Below, one piece after another: positions 47,170 through 56,781 of a stretch of 64,000 nucleotides of DNA (position 1 is the stretch's first letter; every line of letters starts with the position of its first letter). The position numbers were made by a program, and so were the translations under genes. The notes beneath the pieces were generated by a model. It searched no databases, was not told where the DNA came from, and saw only the letters and a program-made list of their open reading frames with translations. Source of the DNA: Dehalococcoidia bacterium (GTDB lineage: Bacteria; Chloroflexota; Dehalococcoidia; SM23-28-2; RBG-16-64-32); contig CAXXTF010000002.1 of NCBI GenBank assembly GCA_963665775.2, positions 1,120,001 to 1,184,000 on the forward strand. The letters run 5' to 3'.

Positions 47170-49770
47170 GTGGTAACAAGCGATCTAGCCAGCCCAGCTC
47201 ATTCCCCGACCAAGTTGGGGGAAGGGAAGACGATCCCCAGCGTCTGCCACCTGTGCGTCTACGGCCAGTGCGCTACGCTGGTGCACGTCGTTGACGGCGT
47301 GGCAGTAAAGATAGAGGGGAACCCCGAGGCGCCTCACAACGAGGGGAGGCTCTGCCCGAGGGGGAACTCAGCCATCATGGAGCTGTACGACCCCTACCGG
47401 GTCAAGGTGCCGATGAAGCGGACCAACCCGGAGAAGGGGCTGGATGTGGACCCCAAGTTCGTGGAGATCAGCTGGGATGAGGCCCTGGACATCGTGGCGG
47501 AGAAGCTGCGGGCCGTAAAGGAAGAGGATCCCAGACAGTTCCACTCCAGCGGAGGAATGGCCGGGGGCGGACTTGCGCGGGGGAGGTTCCAGTCCTTCTT
47601 CGGCGGAGCACCGATGCACATGTTCGGCGGGGTGGCGGCCTGCGGCAGTTCAGAGCACGCCGTCTCTACCTGGGCCCACAACGGCCACGTCTCAGGATAC
47701 GATCCCGACTACGTGGAGCTGCTCATCCTCCAGGGCACCAACGCCGGCTTTGGCACCTGGCTGGGCGGCGCCGCCGGTGGCGGCGTGAGCCGGCTCGCGG
47801 ACGCCCGGGCGGAGCGCGGTACCAGGATAGTGAGCATCGACCCCCGGTGCGGGGAGGGGGCGAACAAGGGCGAGTGGATACCGATAGTTCCTGGCACTGA
47901 CCTCGCCTTCAACCTGTCTATGCTGCACGTGATCCTCCATGAGATGAACCAGTTTGACGTGGAGTTCGTGAAGCTCCACACCAATGGCCCCTACCTCATC
48001 CAGCCCAACGGACACTACCTGAAGGATGCTGACGGTAAGCCCTTGGTGTGGGACGCGGATCTTCAGGCGACTAGACCCTTTGATGACCCGGAGATCAAGG
48101 ACTTTATCCTCGAGGGGTCTTACGAGATAAACAGCGAGTCCTACAAGACGGCCTTCCAGATGCTGAAGGATCGGATGGCGCCGTATACGCCGGAGTGGGC
48201 GGAGAAGCTCACCACGGTGCCGGCTGCCCGGGTAAGGAGCCTCGCCGCCGATTTCGTGAAGACGGCGAAGATCGGGGCGACTATCAAGATAGACGGGGTG
48301 GTGCTGCCCTATCGACCGGCGGCGATGATCGGCTATCACGGCTCAACGCGACACTACAACGGCCCCTACACTACGATGGCCCTGCGTCTCATCAACTGCC
48401 TCATGGGTAACTACGACGTGCCCGGCGGCAACAAGGGGATGCCGGAGATCGCTGCCCACCCGGAGATATATGACATGCCTCCCCAGACAGACGGCATGCT
48501 GGAGTTCATCCCTCCGTCAGAGATCAAGTTCCCGCCGGATCCAGACCTGAAGCAGTTCTACCCACTTGCGGTCGACTCCAACATAGTGTGGTTGAACTGG
48601 ACCCAAAAGGACGCTGCGATGCGGGAGAAGTTCAAGATCCCGTACAACCTCAAGGTCCTCTGCCTGGGAGGCACGAACCCCTTCCGGAACCAGGGCGATC
48701 CCCGGCACACCGAGGAGATGATGAGGGCCATCGACTTCATCTTCACCGTCTCCGTGTGGATCGATGACCCGGCCCTGTTCGCGGACGTGGTGCTTCCAGA
48801 GGATTGTGCTCCGGAGCGGCTCGAAGTACACAAGTACAACGCTATGTTCCAGATTGGGCTTCAGGGGACCATGTTGCGCCAGCCGCTCGTGGGGCGCCTT
48901 TACGATACTCGGCATACCGACGAGATGGTGATAGAGCTAACCGAGAAGCTGGGCATGCTGTACGGCGAAGGCGGCTACATCGACTTCTTGAATAGGACTC
49001 TCGGTGGTTTCTCGAACTATGTCCAGGACGCCGGGCCCGCAGAAGGCGATGGACTCCTGGACATTCACAAGAAGCCCACTTTGGAGGAGGTCGTCGACGC
49101 GAGGCTTAAAGCAGCGCGGGGCCAGGAGAAGGGGGTGGAGTGGTTCAGGGAGAACGGCTTAGAGTTCGACAAGCTCCCGGTCGAGAAGGATTACCACTGG
49201 GCACCCCTATCCGGGCGCCGCTTCCCCCTCTACTTCGAGCCGGTGAAAGAGTTGGGTGACTTGCTGAAGAAGAAGATCAACGAGGAGTACGGATGGGACT
49301 GGGACACCTCCTGGTACGACGCGCTACCACGCTGGGAACCATGCCCAGAACATGATACAGAGAAGTTCCCTCCGGACTTCGATCTGTATGTTATGAATTA
49401 CAAGACGCCGTTCAACACCAACAGCCAGACCGGTGCTAACCCCTGGCTGAGTGAGGTGTTCGAGGCTGACCCCTACTTCCTGCGGCTCTGGATGCACGAG
49501 GAGACAGGGAAGAGAAAGGGGCTTCGCGACGGCGACAAGGTCTGGATCGAGTCGACCATGGCGAAGCTGGAGGCGCGCGTGAAGCTGAGCCAGACAGTCC
49601 ATCCCCAGGTCGTCGCGGTCGGCGGCGCCGGGGGGAGCTGGGCCACCAGCCCCTTCGCCAAGAAGGGCATCAACTTCGCCAGCCTGCTGCCACAGACGCC
49701 GGAGCAGATCAACCCTATGCTCTGTAACCTCGATTGGTGCACGCGAGTCAAGATCACAGTACGGCAATGA
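47170..49770 (+). CDS. Mo/W-bis-PGD (DMSO reductase family) oxidoreductase catalytic subunit, copy 1
   Basis: CHLCVYGQC...LCPRG [4Fe-4S] motif, EISWDEALD, PGTDLA, ADVVLP, C-terminal dinucleotide-binding domain; no Tat signal. Confidence 0.92.
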   Translation: MVTSDLASPAHSPTKLGEGKTIPSVCHLCVYGQCATLVHVVDGVAVKIEGNPEAPHNEGRLCPRGNSAIMELYDPYRVKVPMKRTNPEKGLDVDPKFVEISWDEALDIVAEKLRAVKEEDPRQFHSSGGMAGGGLARGRFQSFFGGAPMHMFGGVAACGSSEHAVSTWAHNGHVSGYDPDYVELLILQGTNAGFGTWLGGAAGGGVSRLADARAERGTRIVSIDPRCGEGANKGEWIPIVPGTDLAFNLSMLHVILHEMNQFDVEFVKLHTNGPYLIQPNGHYLKDADGKPLVWDADLQATRPFDDPEIKDFILEGSYEINSESYKTAFQMLKDRMAPYTPEWAEKLTTVPAARVRSLAADFVKTAKIGATIKIDGVVLPYRPAAMIGYHGSTRHYNGPYTTMALRLINCLMGNYDVPGGNKGMPEIAAHPEIYDMPPQTDGMLEFIPPSEIKFPPDPDLKQFYPLAVDSNIVWLNWTQKDAAMREKFKIPYNLKVLCLGGTNPFRNQGDPRHTEEMMRAIDFIFTVSVWIDDPALFADVVLPEDCAPERLEVHKYNAMFQIGLQGTMLRQPLVGRLYDTRHTDEMVIELTEKLGMLYGEGGYIDFLNRTLGGFSNYVQDAGPAEGDGLLDIHKKPTLEEVVDARLKAARGQEKGVEWFRENGLEFDKLPVEKDYHWAPLSGRRFPLYFEPVKELGDLLKKKINEEYGWDWDTSWYDALPRWEPCPEHDTEKFPPDFDLYVMNYKTPFNTNSQTGANPWLSEVFEADPYFLRLWMHEETGKRKGLRDGDKVWIESTMAKLEARVKLSQTVHPQVVAVGGAGGSWATSPFAKKGINFASLLPQTPEQINPMLCNLDWCTRVKITVRQ

Positions 49771-49942
49771 CACCCTAGGCTGATACGTCAATGACACAGG
49801 TGGTAAACCTCTGGCGCGGAACCTGCCGTGAGAGGGGGTCCACGAGGCCGGCCTTACCAAGCGCAAGCGGTGCCCGTCCCGTTGGAGTTCGGGCCGCTCA
49901 GATCGCCATCATATACTCCTATCCGCAGTGGAGGTACGTATA

Positions 49943-52540
49943 ATGCTCTCCCCAACAAGTGCCGATACGACTGTCGCTAGGAAGCAGTTGGAGGACGGCA
50001 AGATAGTGCCCAGCGTCTGCCACCTCTGCGTCTACGGCCAGTGCGCCACACTGGTGCACGTCGTTGACGGCGTGGCAATAAAGATAGAGGGGAACCCCGA
50101 GGCGCCTCATAACGAGGGGAGGCTCTGCCCGAGGGGGAACTCAGCCATCATGGAGCTGTACGACCCCTACCGGGTCAAGGTGCCGATGAAGCGGACCAAC
50201 CCGGAGAAGGGGCTTGATGTGGACCCCCAATTTGTGGAGATCAGCTGGGATGAGGCCCTGGACATCGTGGCGGAGAAGCTGCGGGTGGTCAAAGAGGAAG
50301 ACTCCCGGCAGTTCCACTCCAGCGGAGGGATGGCCAGCTTCGGTCTCGCTCAAGGTTTGTTCCAGTCCTTCTTCGGTGGGGCACCGATGCACATGTTCGG
50401 CGGGGTGGCGGCCTGCGGCAGTTCGGAGCACGCCGTCTCTACCTGGGCCCATAATGGCCACGTCTCGGGATTCGATCCCGACTACGTGGAGCTGCTGATC
50501 CTGCAGGGGACGAACGCTGGATTCGGCACTTGGCTCGGTGGAGCTGCCGGCGGGGGAGTCAGTCGCGTAGCCGACGCCCGGGTGGAGCGTGGCTTGAGGA
50601 TCGTGAGCATCGACCCCCGGTGCAGCGAGGGAGGGAACAAGGCCAACGAGTGGATTCCGTTAGTTCCTGGCACTGACCTCGCCTTCAACCTGTCTATGCT
50701 GCATGTAATCCTGCATGAGCTGAATCAGTTCGACGTGGAGTTCGTTAAGCTCCACACCAACGGCCCCTACCTCATCCAGCCTAACGGCTATTACCTGAAG
50801 GATGATGACGGTAAGCCTCTGGTGTGGGACGCGGATCTTCAGGCGACTAGACCCTTTGATGACCCGGAGATCAAGGACTTTGTCCTGGAAGGTACTTACG
50901 AAGTCAACGGCGAGTCCTGCAAGCCGGCCTTCCAGATGCTGAAGGATCGGATGGCGCCGTATACGCCGGAGTGGGCGGAGAAGCTCACCACGGTGCCCGG
51001 GGCCACGGTACGGCGGCTAGCTGCCGATTTCGTCAAGACGGCGAAGATCGGGGCGACCATCAAGATCGATGGTCTGGAGCTGCCTTATCGACCGGCGGCG
51101 ATGATCGGCTACCACGGGGCGGAGCGCCACTACAACGGACCATACACGGCGATGGCCCTGCGCCTCATCAACTGTCTCGTCGGCAACTACGATGTGCCAG
51201 GCGGCAACAAGGGGATGCCGGAGATCGCTGCCCATCCGGAGATATATGACATGCCTCCCCAGAAAGACGGCATGCTGGAGTTTATCCCCCCATCGGAGAT
51301 CAAGTTCCCGCCGGATCCCGACCTCAAACAATTCTACCCACTTGCGGTCGACACACAGATAGTGTGGTTGAACTGGACCCAGAAGGACGCTGCGATGCGG
51401 GAGAAGTTCAAGATCCCGTACAACCTCAAGGTGCTGTGCCTGGGAGGCACGAACCCCTTCCGGAATCAGGGCGACCCCCGGCACACCGAGGAGATGATGA
51501 GGGCCATCGATTTCATCTTTACTCTGTCCATTCACATCGATGACCCAGCCCTGTTCGCCGACGTAATATTTCCGGAAAGCGTGGCCTCCGAACGGCTTGA
51601 GATGCACAAGTACAACGCTATGTTCCAGATAGGGCTTGAGGGGACCATGTTGCGCCAGCCCGTCGTGAAGCCTATGTACGACACCAAGCACCCTGATGAG
51701 ATGGCGATAGAGCTGGCTGAGAGACTGGGTATGCTCTACGGCGAGGGCGGCTATATAGACTTCCTGAACGGGACGCTGGGCGCCCGCGCCTGGGAAACGA
51801 GCGCTCAGGGTACAGGTCAAAGCGGCCTGGATATCAACAAGAAGCCCACTTTGGAGGAGCTCGTCGACGCGAGGCTCAAAGCAGCGCGGGGCGAGGAGAA
51901 GGGGCTGGAGTGGTTCAGGGAAAACGGACTGGAGTTTACCAAGATCCCGGTTGAGAAAGATTACCACTGGGCACCCCTATCCGGGCGCCGCTTCCCCCTC
52001 TACTTCGAGCCGGTGAAAGAGTTGGGTGACTTGCTGAAGAAGAAGATCAACGAGGAGTACGGATGGGACTGGGACACCTCCTGGTACGACGCGCTGCCAC
52101 GCTGGGAACCATGCCCAGAACATGACGCAGAGAAGTTCCCTCCGGACATGGATCTGTATGTTATGAATTACAAGACGCCGTTCAACACCAATAGCCAGAC
52201 AGGTGGTAACCCCTGGCTGAGTGAGGTCTTCGAGGCTGACCCCTATTTCCTGCGGCTGTGGATACACGAGGAGACGGGGAAGAGAAAAGGGCTTCGCGAC
52301 GGCGACAAGGTCTGGATCGAGTCGAGCATGGCGAAACTGGAGGGACGGGTGAAGCTGAGCCAGACCGTCCATCCCCAGGTCGTAGCGATCGGCGGCGCCG
52401 GGGGGAGCTGGGCCACCAGTCCCTTGGCCAAGAAGGGCATTAACTTCGCCAGCTTGCTGCCACAGACGCCGGAGCAGATCAACCCTATGCTCTGTAACCT
52501 CGATTGGTGCACGCGAGTCAGGCTTACTGCAAGGTCGTAA
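49943..52540 (+). CDS. Mo/W-bis-PGD oxidoreductase catalytic subunit, copy 2 (close paralog of copy 1)
   Basis: Same motifs as copy 1; ATG 49943 has a GGAGGT RBS. Confidence 0.92.
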   Translation: MLSPTSADTTVARKQLEDGKIVPSVCHLCVYGQCATLVHVVDGVAIKIEGNPEAPHNEGRLCPRGNSAIMELYDPYRVKVPMKRTNPEKGLDVDPQFVEISWDEALDIVAEKLRVVKEEDSRQFHSSGGMASFGLAQGLFQSFFGGAPMHMFGGVAACGSSEHAVSTWAHNGHVSGFDPDYVELLILQGTNAGFGTWLGGAAGGGVSRVADARVERGLRIVSIDPRCSEGGNKANEWIPLVPGTDLAFNLSMLHVILHELNQFDVEFVKLHTNGPYLIQPNGYYLKDDDGKPLVWDADLQATRPFDDPEIKDFVLEGTYEVNGESCKPAFQMLKDRMAPYTPEWAEKLTTVPGATVRRLAADFVKTAKIGATIKIDGLELPYRPAAMIGYHGAERHYNGPYTAMALRLINCLVGNYDVPGGNKGMPEIAAHPEIYDMPPQKDGMLEFIPPSEIKFPPDPDLKQFYPLAVDTQIVWLNWTQKDAAMREKFKIPYNLKVLCLGGTNPFRNQGDPRHTEEMMRAIDFIFTLSIHIDDPALFADVIFPESVASERLEMHKYNAMFQIGLEGTMLRQPVVKPMYDTKHPDEMAIELAERLGMLYGEGGYIDFLNGTLGARAWETSAQGTGQSGLDINKKPTLEELVDARLKAARGEEKGLEWFRENGLEFTKIPVEKDYHWAPLSGRRFPLYFEPVKELGDLLKKKINEEYGWDWDTSWYDALPRWEPCPEHDAEKFPPDMDLYVMNYKTPFNTNSQTGGNPWLSEVFEADPYFLRLWIHEETGKRKGLRDGDKVWIESSMAKLEGRVKLSQTVHPQVVAIGGAGGSWATSPLAKKGINFASLLPQTPEQINPMLCNLDWCTRVRLTARS

Positions 52541-52795
52541 AGGGGCCGCCCAACTGACGTCCGTCTGTATGTCGTCAGCATAATTGGGACAGTCGCCGCG
52601 ATTTTCTAATGGACGGAGGGTGGTCGCGCCCGCCTAAGCCGATGGCAGCGTCCGCGTTGTTGTAGCGTCCTCTGTCTGACCTCCTTCGAATCACCCGCCC
52701 TGTCGCCCTTCCTCCCGCCAGCGTCGAACGTCTACGCCTCGACAAAGTAAAGCAGGCCGAAGAGCGTCTCGCTATGTACTCAAGGTACGAAGACC

Positions 52796-52936
52796 ATGAC
52801 TGCTATTCGCGACGCCTCAAGCATCTGCATCACCACGGACATCTACAGCCATGTCCTGCCTGCCCTCGCTCCCCAGGCGATCGAGGGCCTGGGACAACTG
52901 CTATCCGGCACCGGTTGCCGCGAGGCACGCCGCTAA
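52796..52936 (+). pseudogene. Tyrosine integrase C-terminal remnant
   Basis: Translates SSICITTDIYSHVLPALAPQAIEGLGQLL; compare ATVSITLDTYSHAIPAMQEEAAEKVAALV in the intact integrase at 61190. Confidence 0.65.
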
Positions 52937-52995
52937 GAAATTGTCTGATCAACCGGTAACGAGCCTTAGCCCTAAAGTGTGCTATTTTGTATCTC

Positions 52996-53085
52996 GGAGG
53001 GGTGCCGGAGTGGTTGAACGGGGCGGTCTTGAAAACCGCTAGGGCTTCCGGGTCCTCGTGGGTTCGAATCCCACCCCCTCCGCCA
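52996..53085 (+). tRNA. tRNA-Ser(TGA)
   Basis: GGAGGGG acceptor, GCGGT-CTTGAAA-ACCGC anticodon arm, long variable arm, GGTTCGAATCC, 3' GCCA; 90 nt. Confidence 0.96.
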
Positions 53086-53286
53086 GCTAGATACAAAATC
53101 GGGCGTATCGGGCGTCGGTGCAGTAGAGTCCCAGCTAGTGGTGTTAGAGAGGTCTAACTACAACGAGACCACCGCGTGATCCTCACGACGAATGCAGCAT
53201 AACGTGAGGAGGTGACGAAGGTGGTCAAGGACAGCACTGACGTTCTCAGGCTAGTGTGCAAGCGCGGAGTGTACGACGCTAAGGAA

Positions 53287-53360
53287 GCACGTCCGCCACG
53301 GCCATCTACCTAGCAGGTGACGGAGTCGCAGCAGCGGAAGGGGCGTACGACAGGGCCTGG
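53287..53360 (+). pseudogene. XerC/D-like recombinase 3'-end remnant
   Basis: TSATAIYL then, after a frameshift, VTESQQRK..AYDRA; nucleotide similarity to 54351-54396. Confidence 0.4.
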
Positions 53361-53565
53361 GGGCCCAGGGATGGGAGTGCAGGTGCGGCCAGGACTCGGC
53401 ACCGGCCGTCGCCTTGTAGATCACCCTAAGAGCATTATCGCCTTCTCAATCGGTTGCCAACAATCCAGAGCCCGCCCATGCCTAGAAAGCCCAGCGCCAG
53501 GGCCGGTGTAACCGCTGCTGCGCTCGTGACTGGCGAACCGGAAGCAGGGCTGCTCGAACGGCGCT

Positions 53566-54018
53566 CTAGAGCGGGCTCCCGATATCCGGGCAAGGCTCCG
53601 TCTGGGTCACGGGCAGGACAACCACGAAGCGCAGTATTTTGAGGGCGTCAACAGCGTCGATATCGTTGTCACAGTCCACGTCTCCGAAGAGGGAAGCTAC
53701 TTCACTGCCGATGGCCGGACAGCCTGGCTGCTGGCTCACACGCAGCCCCGCGACATGCTGCTGCACGTTAAGGGCGTCAACGCTGTCCACGCCTGGTTTG
53801 CAGTTAACGTTGCCCTGGGTCAATGCAAGAGGTGTGGGAGCAGCAGTGGGAGCAGCAGTGGGTTCCCCGCCTCCGCATGGGTAATCCGGATCCGACACTA
53901 GGTGGCAGGCGGGAGTCGCCACGCGCACGTCAAAGGTTAGCCAGCCGACGAGAGCAATCACGGCCACCGCGATTGTGACAGCCACCAACTTGAGGCGTGT
54001 ACCAGACATCTCAGGCAT
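53566..54018 (-). CDS. Membrane-anchored/secreted protein with dockerin-like tandem Ca-binding repeats
   Basis: N-terminal TM helix; PTAAPTAAPT linker; GNVNC..GVDSVDAL and GDVDCDNDIDAVDALKILR. Confidence 0.75.
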   Translation of the reverse strand: MPEMSGTRLKLVAVTIAVAVIALVGWLTFDVRVATPACHLVSDPDYPCGGGEPTAAPTAAPTPLALTQGNVNCKPGVDSVDALNVQQHVAGLRVSQQPGCPAIGSEVASLFGDVDCDNDIDAVDALKILRFVVVLPVTQTEPCPDIGSPL

Positions 54019-54254
54019 TCCAATCGCTCCTTATTCTAGCCCGCTGCTGGGAGGCTTGCGGGATCTAGCGAAGCTGGCTCTTCGGGTTATGAATTCGCGA
54101 TACGCCACGACTCTCATACGATCAGTGAGGCGGTAGGGATTGCCACTCATTCACAGATATGGAGCCGCAGCGCTAGTCTACCTCATCGGAGCACGGTCGG
54201 GAAGTAATAGGGTACCGCCGCCGCCATTCTAGGAGATGCACTGATTCTAAACGG

Positions 54255-54445
54255 GTAGAGAAACGCAAGGGCACTCTCATCCCCCTTAGCTGGACTACGC
54301 TCAGGAGAACGCCTCGGGTAACGTGCAGCACCTCTTAGGCCACGCCAGCCCGTCTGCCACGGCAATCAGCCCGCGTGTCCCGAAGTCGCAACAGCGCAGC
54401 GTAAATGAGGCCGTTAGTATGGCTTCGAAGGCCGTCCTGAAGTAG
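54255..54445 (+). pseudogene. Degraded tyrosine recombinase (box I and box II fragments)
   Basis: AGLRSGERLG in one frame, then VQHLLGHASPSATAI in another. Confidence 0.55.
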
Positions 54446-54501
54446 ACTCGCTGTCAGTGGGGTATTTGTGGCGTACCGCCACCCAGCACTGGAGGAGTGA
54501 A

Positions 54502-54912
54502 GTGTCAGAAGAAAACAAGGAGATCGTCCGTCGATTCTATGCAGCTATTAATGCGGGAAGGCTGGAGATAATCGACGAGCTCGTGGCGGAGGACTTAGTT
54601 GAGCACGAGGAGTTTCCTGGCGTAGCCAGCGGTCGAGAAGGCGTGCGACAATTCATGCAGATGATGAGGACGGCATTCCCGGACTTCGCGATGACGATAG
54701 AGGACATCGTGGCGGAGGGAGACAAAGTATTCATCCGGGCAACCATGAGGGGTAGGCACCGAGGGGAGTTCATGGGCATCCCAGCGACGGGCAAGCAGAT
54801 CGAAGTCCCCTTTGGCGATTTCGTTCGCTTCGAGGGTGGCAAGGTGGTTGAACACTGGGGCGTGACGGACACAGGCAAGATGATGGAGCAACTGGGTGTC
54901 GCGGGTCAGTAG
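54502..54912 (+). CDS. SnoaL-like ester cyclase
   Basis: SEENKEIVRRFY, AFPD, IEDIVAEGDKV, GEFMGIPATGK, GKVVEHW; GGAGGAG RBS. Confidence 0.92.
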   Translation: MSEENKEIVRRFYAAINAGRLEIIDELVAEDLVEHEEFPGVASGREGVRQFMQMMRTAFPDFAMTIEDIVAEGDKVFIRATMRGRHRGEFMGIPATGKQIEVPFGDFVRFEGGKVVEHWGVTDTGKMMEQLGVAGQ

Positions 54913-55089
54913 CGAATCAATCCGATACGTACGCGCTGGCCTACGTGCGTAGAGCCCGGCCCGCTGTGTCTGGACACTAGTTACAACGGACGCGCACACG
55001 CTCGCCCTAAAACAGGTGGCGCAGGATGCTAACACTGGCGTGAGGCGCAAGCTTTGCCCCGATAGTATCTAGGCGGGCGAGGAACACCT

Positions 55090-55452
55090 ATGGTCAACAG
55101 CCAGGGGCTGACACACATCCACATAGCTGTGCGTGATTTGGAGCGCTCGCTGAAGTTCTACCAAGAAGCGTTCAGCATGGACGTGCGCTATTGGGACGGC
55201 CCAGCGATGGTATTCCTGAACACACCCGGCTCTAATGATACGATCACTTTGAGGCAGGCAGAAGAGGGAGAGCCGGTCGGCCCAGGTGGGGGAATCGCCC
55301 ACTTTGGCTTTCGGCTAAGGCACAAGGAAGACCTCGAATCGGCCATACGACATCTCGTTGACGCAGGGGGCTCATTACTTGAGCGCGGTGAACACCCGAC
55401 TGGCGCCTATGCCTACGTGTCCGACCCGGACGGGTACGTAATCGAACTGTAA
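55090..55452 (+). CDS. VOC/glyoxalase-family protein
   Basis: LTHIHIAVRDLERSLKFY, IAHFGF, YVSDPDGYVIEL. Confidence 0.92.
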   Translation: MVNSQGLTHIHIAVRDLERSLKFYQEAFSMDVRYWDGPAMVFLNTPGSNDTITLRQAEEGEPVGPGGGIAHFGFRLRHKEDLESAIRHLVDAGGSLLERGEHPTGAYAYVSDPDGYVIEL

Positions 55453-55653
55453 GTTGGGGAGGCCCAGACCCAGGCTGCGATTAACAGCGTTGGCGTATCT
55501 AACCCATGACGGCTGCATCTAACGCAGCGCATCTATCAGGTGTACAATCTCGCCATGGAGAATGTCCCGCCTCCTGTCGAGGTGGTGACGCGCATAGAGG
55601 GCGTTACCCTTGCAGCAAGAGGTGCGGCTAACCACACTCTAGGAGGATTCGAA

Positions 55654-55869
55654 ATGCTCGATAATAGCGCAGTCGCCTTAGGCCGAATATTCGGCTGGCT
55701 AGTCGTAGTGGGGGCGGTAGCCCTTGGGGTCAAGGTCGCCGGAGACGCAGGCCAAAACCAGAGCGAGTTCTGGCTTGTCGTGAATGTCAGCATTACCCCA
55801 GCGGCCATCGGATTCCTAACCATTGTTGCCGCAGAGATCGCCAATCAACTTGGCACTCGCCGGGCATGA
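55654..55869 (+). CDS. Small two-TM membrane protein
   Basis: AGGAGGA RBS before ATG 55654; two hydrophobic helices. Confidence 0.6.
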   Translation: MLDNSAVALGRIFGWLVVVGAVALGVKVAGDAGQNQSEFWLVVNVSITPAAIGFLTIVAAEIANQLGTRRA

Positions 55870-55944
55870 ACCGCCTCGACCGATCGTCATGAGCATCACC
55901 ACAGCGCGACTTGCCCTTCGCGAGTTCGTAACTGAGGTACCCTA

Positions 55945-56763
55945 TTAATTAAATTCGATGACAGGATAGGGCGGCTCGAAGTCGGCGCTGGTGACGTTGC
56001 GGTCAACCTCCGTTGCCTCAAAACGGAAATCGACGGATCCCTCCGGCCCGGAGAACGAAACCGCCATCAGCAGCATGAGGCCGTCCTGCGCGAAGCACAC
56101 GTCTGACTCACCTGTTTCACCTTCCACAGTACCGCTGACGGTGAAGCACAGGGCCTCCTCGCCAGCGATGGTCCTCGTTGAGCGGTCGATGTCGAAGCCA
56201 GGAGGCGCATCCCCAAGGAACTGATCAACGAGCGCATCGGGGTCGGTGAAAAAGTCCGCAAAGGGTATAGGCGCTACCTGGTCAAACGGCCCTCCGCTCA
56301 GGGACAGGCATTGGCCCTGGGTGCAAAGGTGAACGTCGCCGTCAACCGTTATCATGGTAAGCGCACCAGCACCGCTGGTAAGGTCTCCGGACATATCTAT
56401 TCGCCAGTTAGGCGGTTGCCAGGTCAGAGTCATCTCGCCCTGCTGGGTTTCGCCGCCTTGCGCGATCCCTAGCCCATAGGTGACCTTGGCGGAGCTATTG
56501 GCCCATTGCTGGCCCAGGCTCAAGAGCTCGCTGCTGGCATCCGTGCCCGGCGTTCCGCCGCCGGGTGTCTCGCCCCCGGGTGTCTCGCCCCCGGGCATCT
56601 CGCCGCCACTGGGAGTCTCATCGCCGCTGCCACCAGTCGGAGTAGCCTGCGATGGAGACGTCGCTTGTGGCGATGGTGTGCTGTCGGCTTCGTCATCGCG
56701 ATCGCCGCCGCAGGCGGCCGCCACGAGGAGAGTTGCCAGAATCAGGCCGAGGCCTGGCACCAT
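55945..56763 (-). CDS. Lipoprotein (LolA/LppX-like beta fold suspected); 5' end abuts IS1380
   Basis: Lipobox VAAAC, GGETP repeats, C-terminal VTSADFEPPYPV. The track ORF's upstream extension lies inside the IS. Confidence 0.7.
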   Translation of the reverse strand: MVPGLGLILATLLVAAACGGDRDDEADSTPSPQATSPSQATPTGGSGDETPSGGEMPGGETPGGETPGGGTPGTDASSELLSLGQQWANSSAKVTYGLGIAQGGETQQGEMTLTWQPPNWRIDMSGDLTSGAGALTMITVDGDVHLCTQGQCLSLSGGPFDQVAPIPFADFFTDPDALVDQFLGDAPPGFDIDRSTRTIAGEEALCFTVSGTVEGETGESDVCFAQDGLMLLMAVSFSGPEGSVDFRFEATEVDRNVTSADFEPPYPVIEFN

Positions 56764-56781
56764 CCATCCTCTACGTATAAG

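Noticed and set aside
47630-47660. Selenocysteine in the molybdoenzymes
   Set aside because: Both copies have TGC at the putative ligand and no in-frame TGA.
52996-53085. tRNA-Sec (tempting given the selenoprotein)
   Set aside because: The anticodon is TGA (reads UCA, Ser), not TCA, and the acceptor stem is a normal 7 bp.
54913-55535. Integron attC-like sites around the ester cyclase and VOC genes
   Set aside because: TCTAAC/GCTAAC motifs exist, but I could not pair them with a GTTRRRY end or a full attC hairpin, and there is no IntI. IntegronFinder would settle it.
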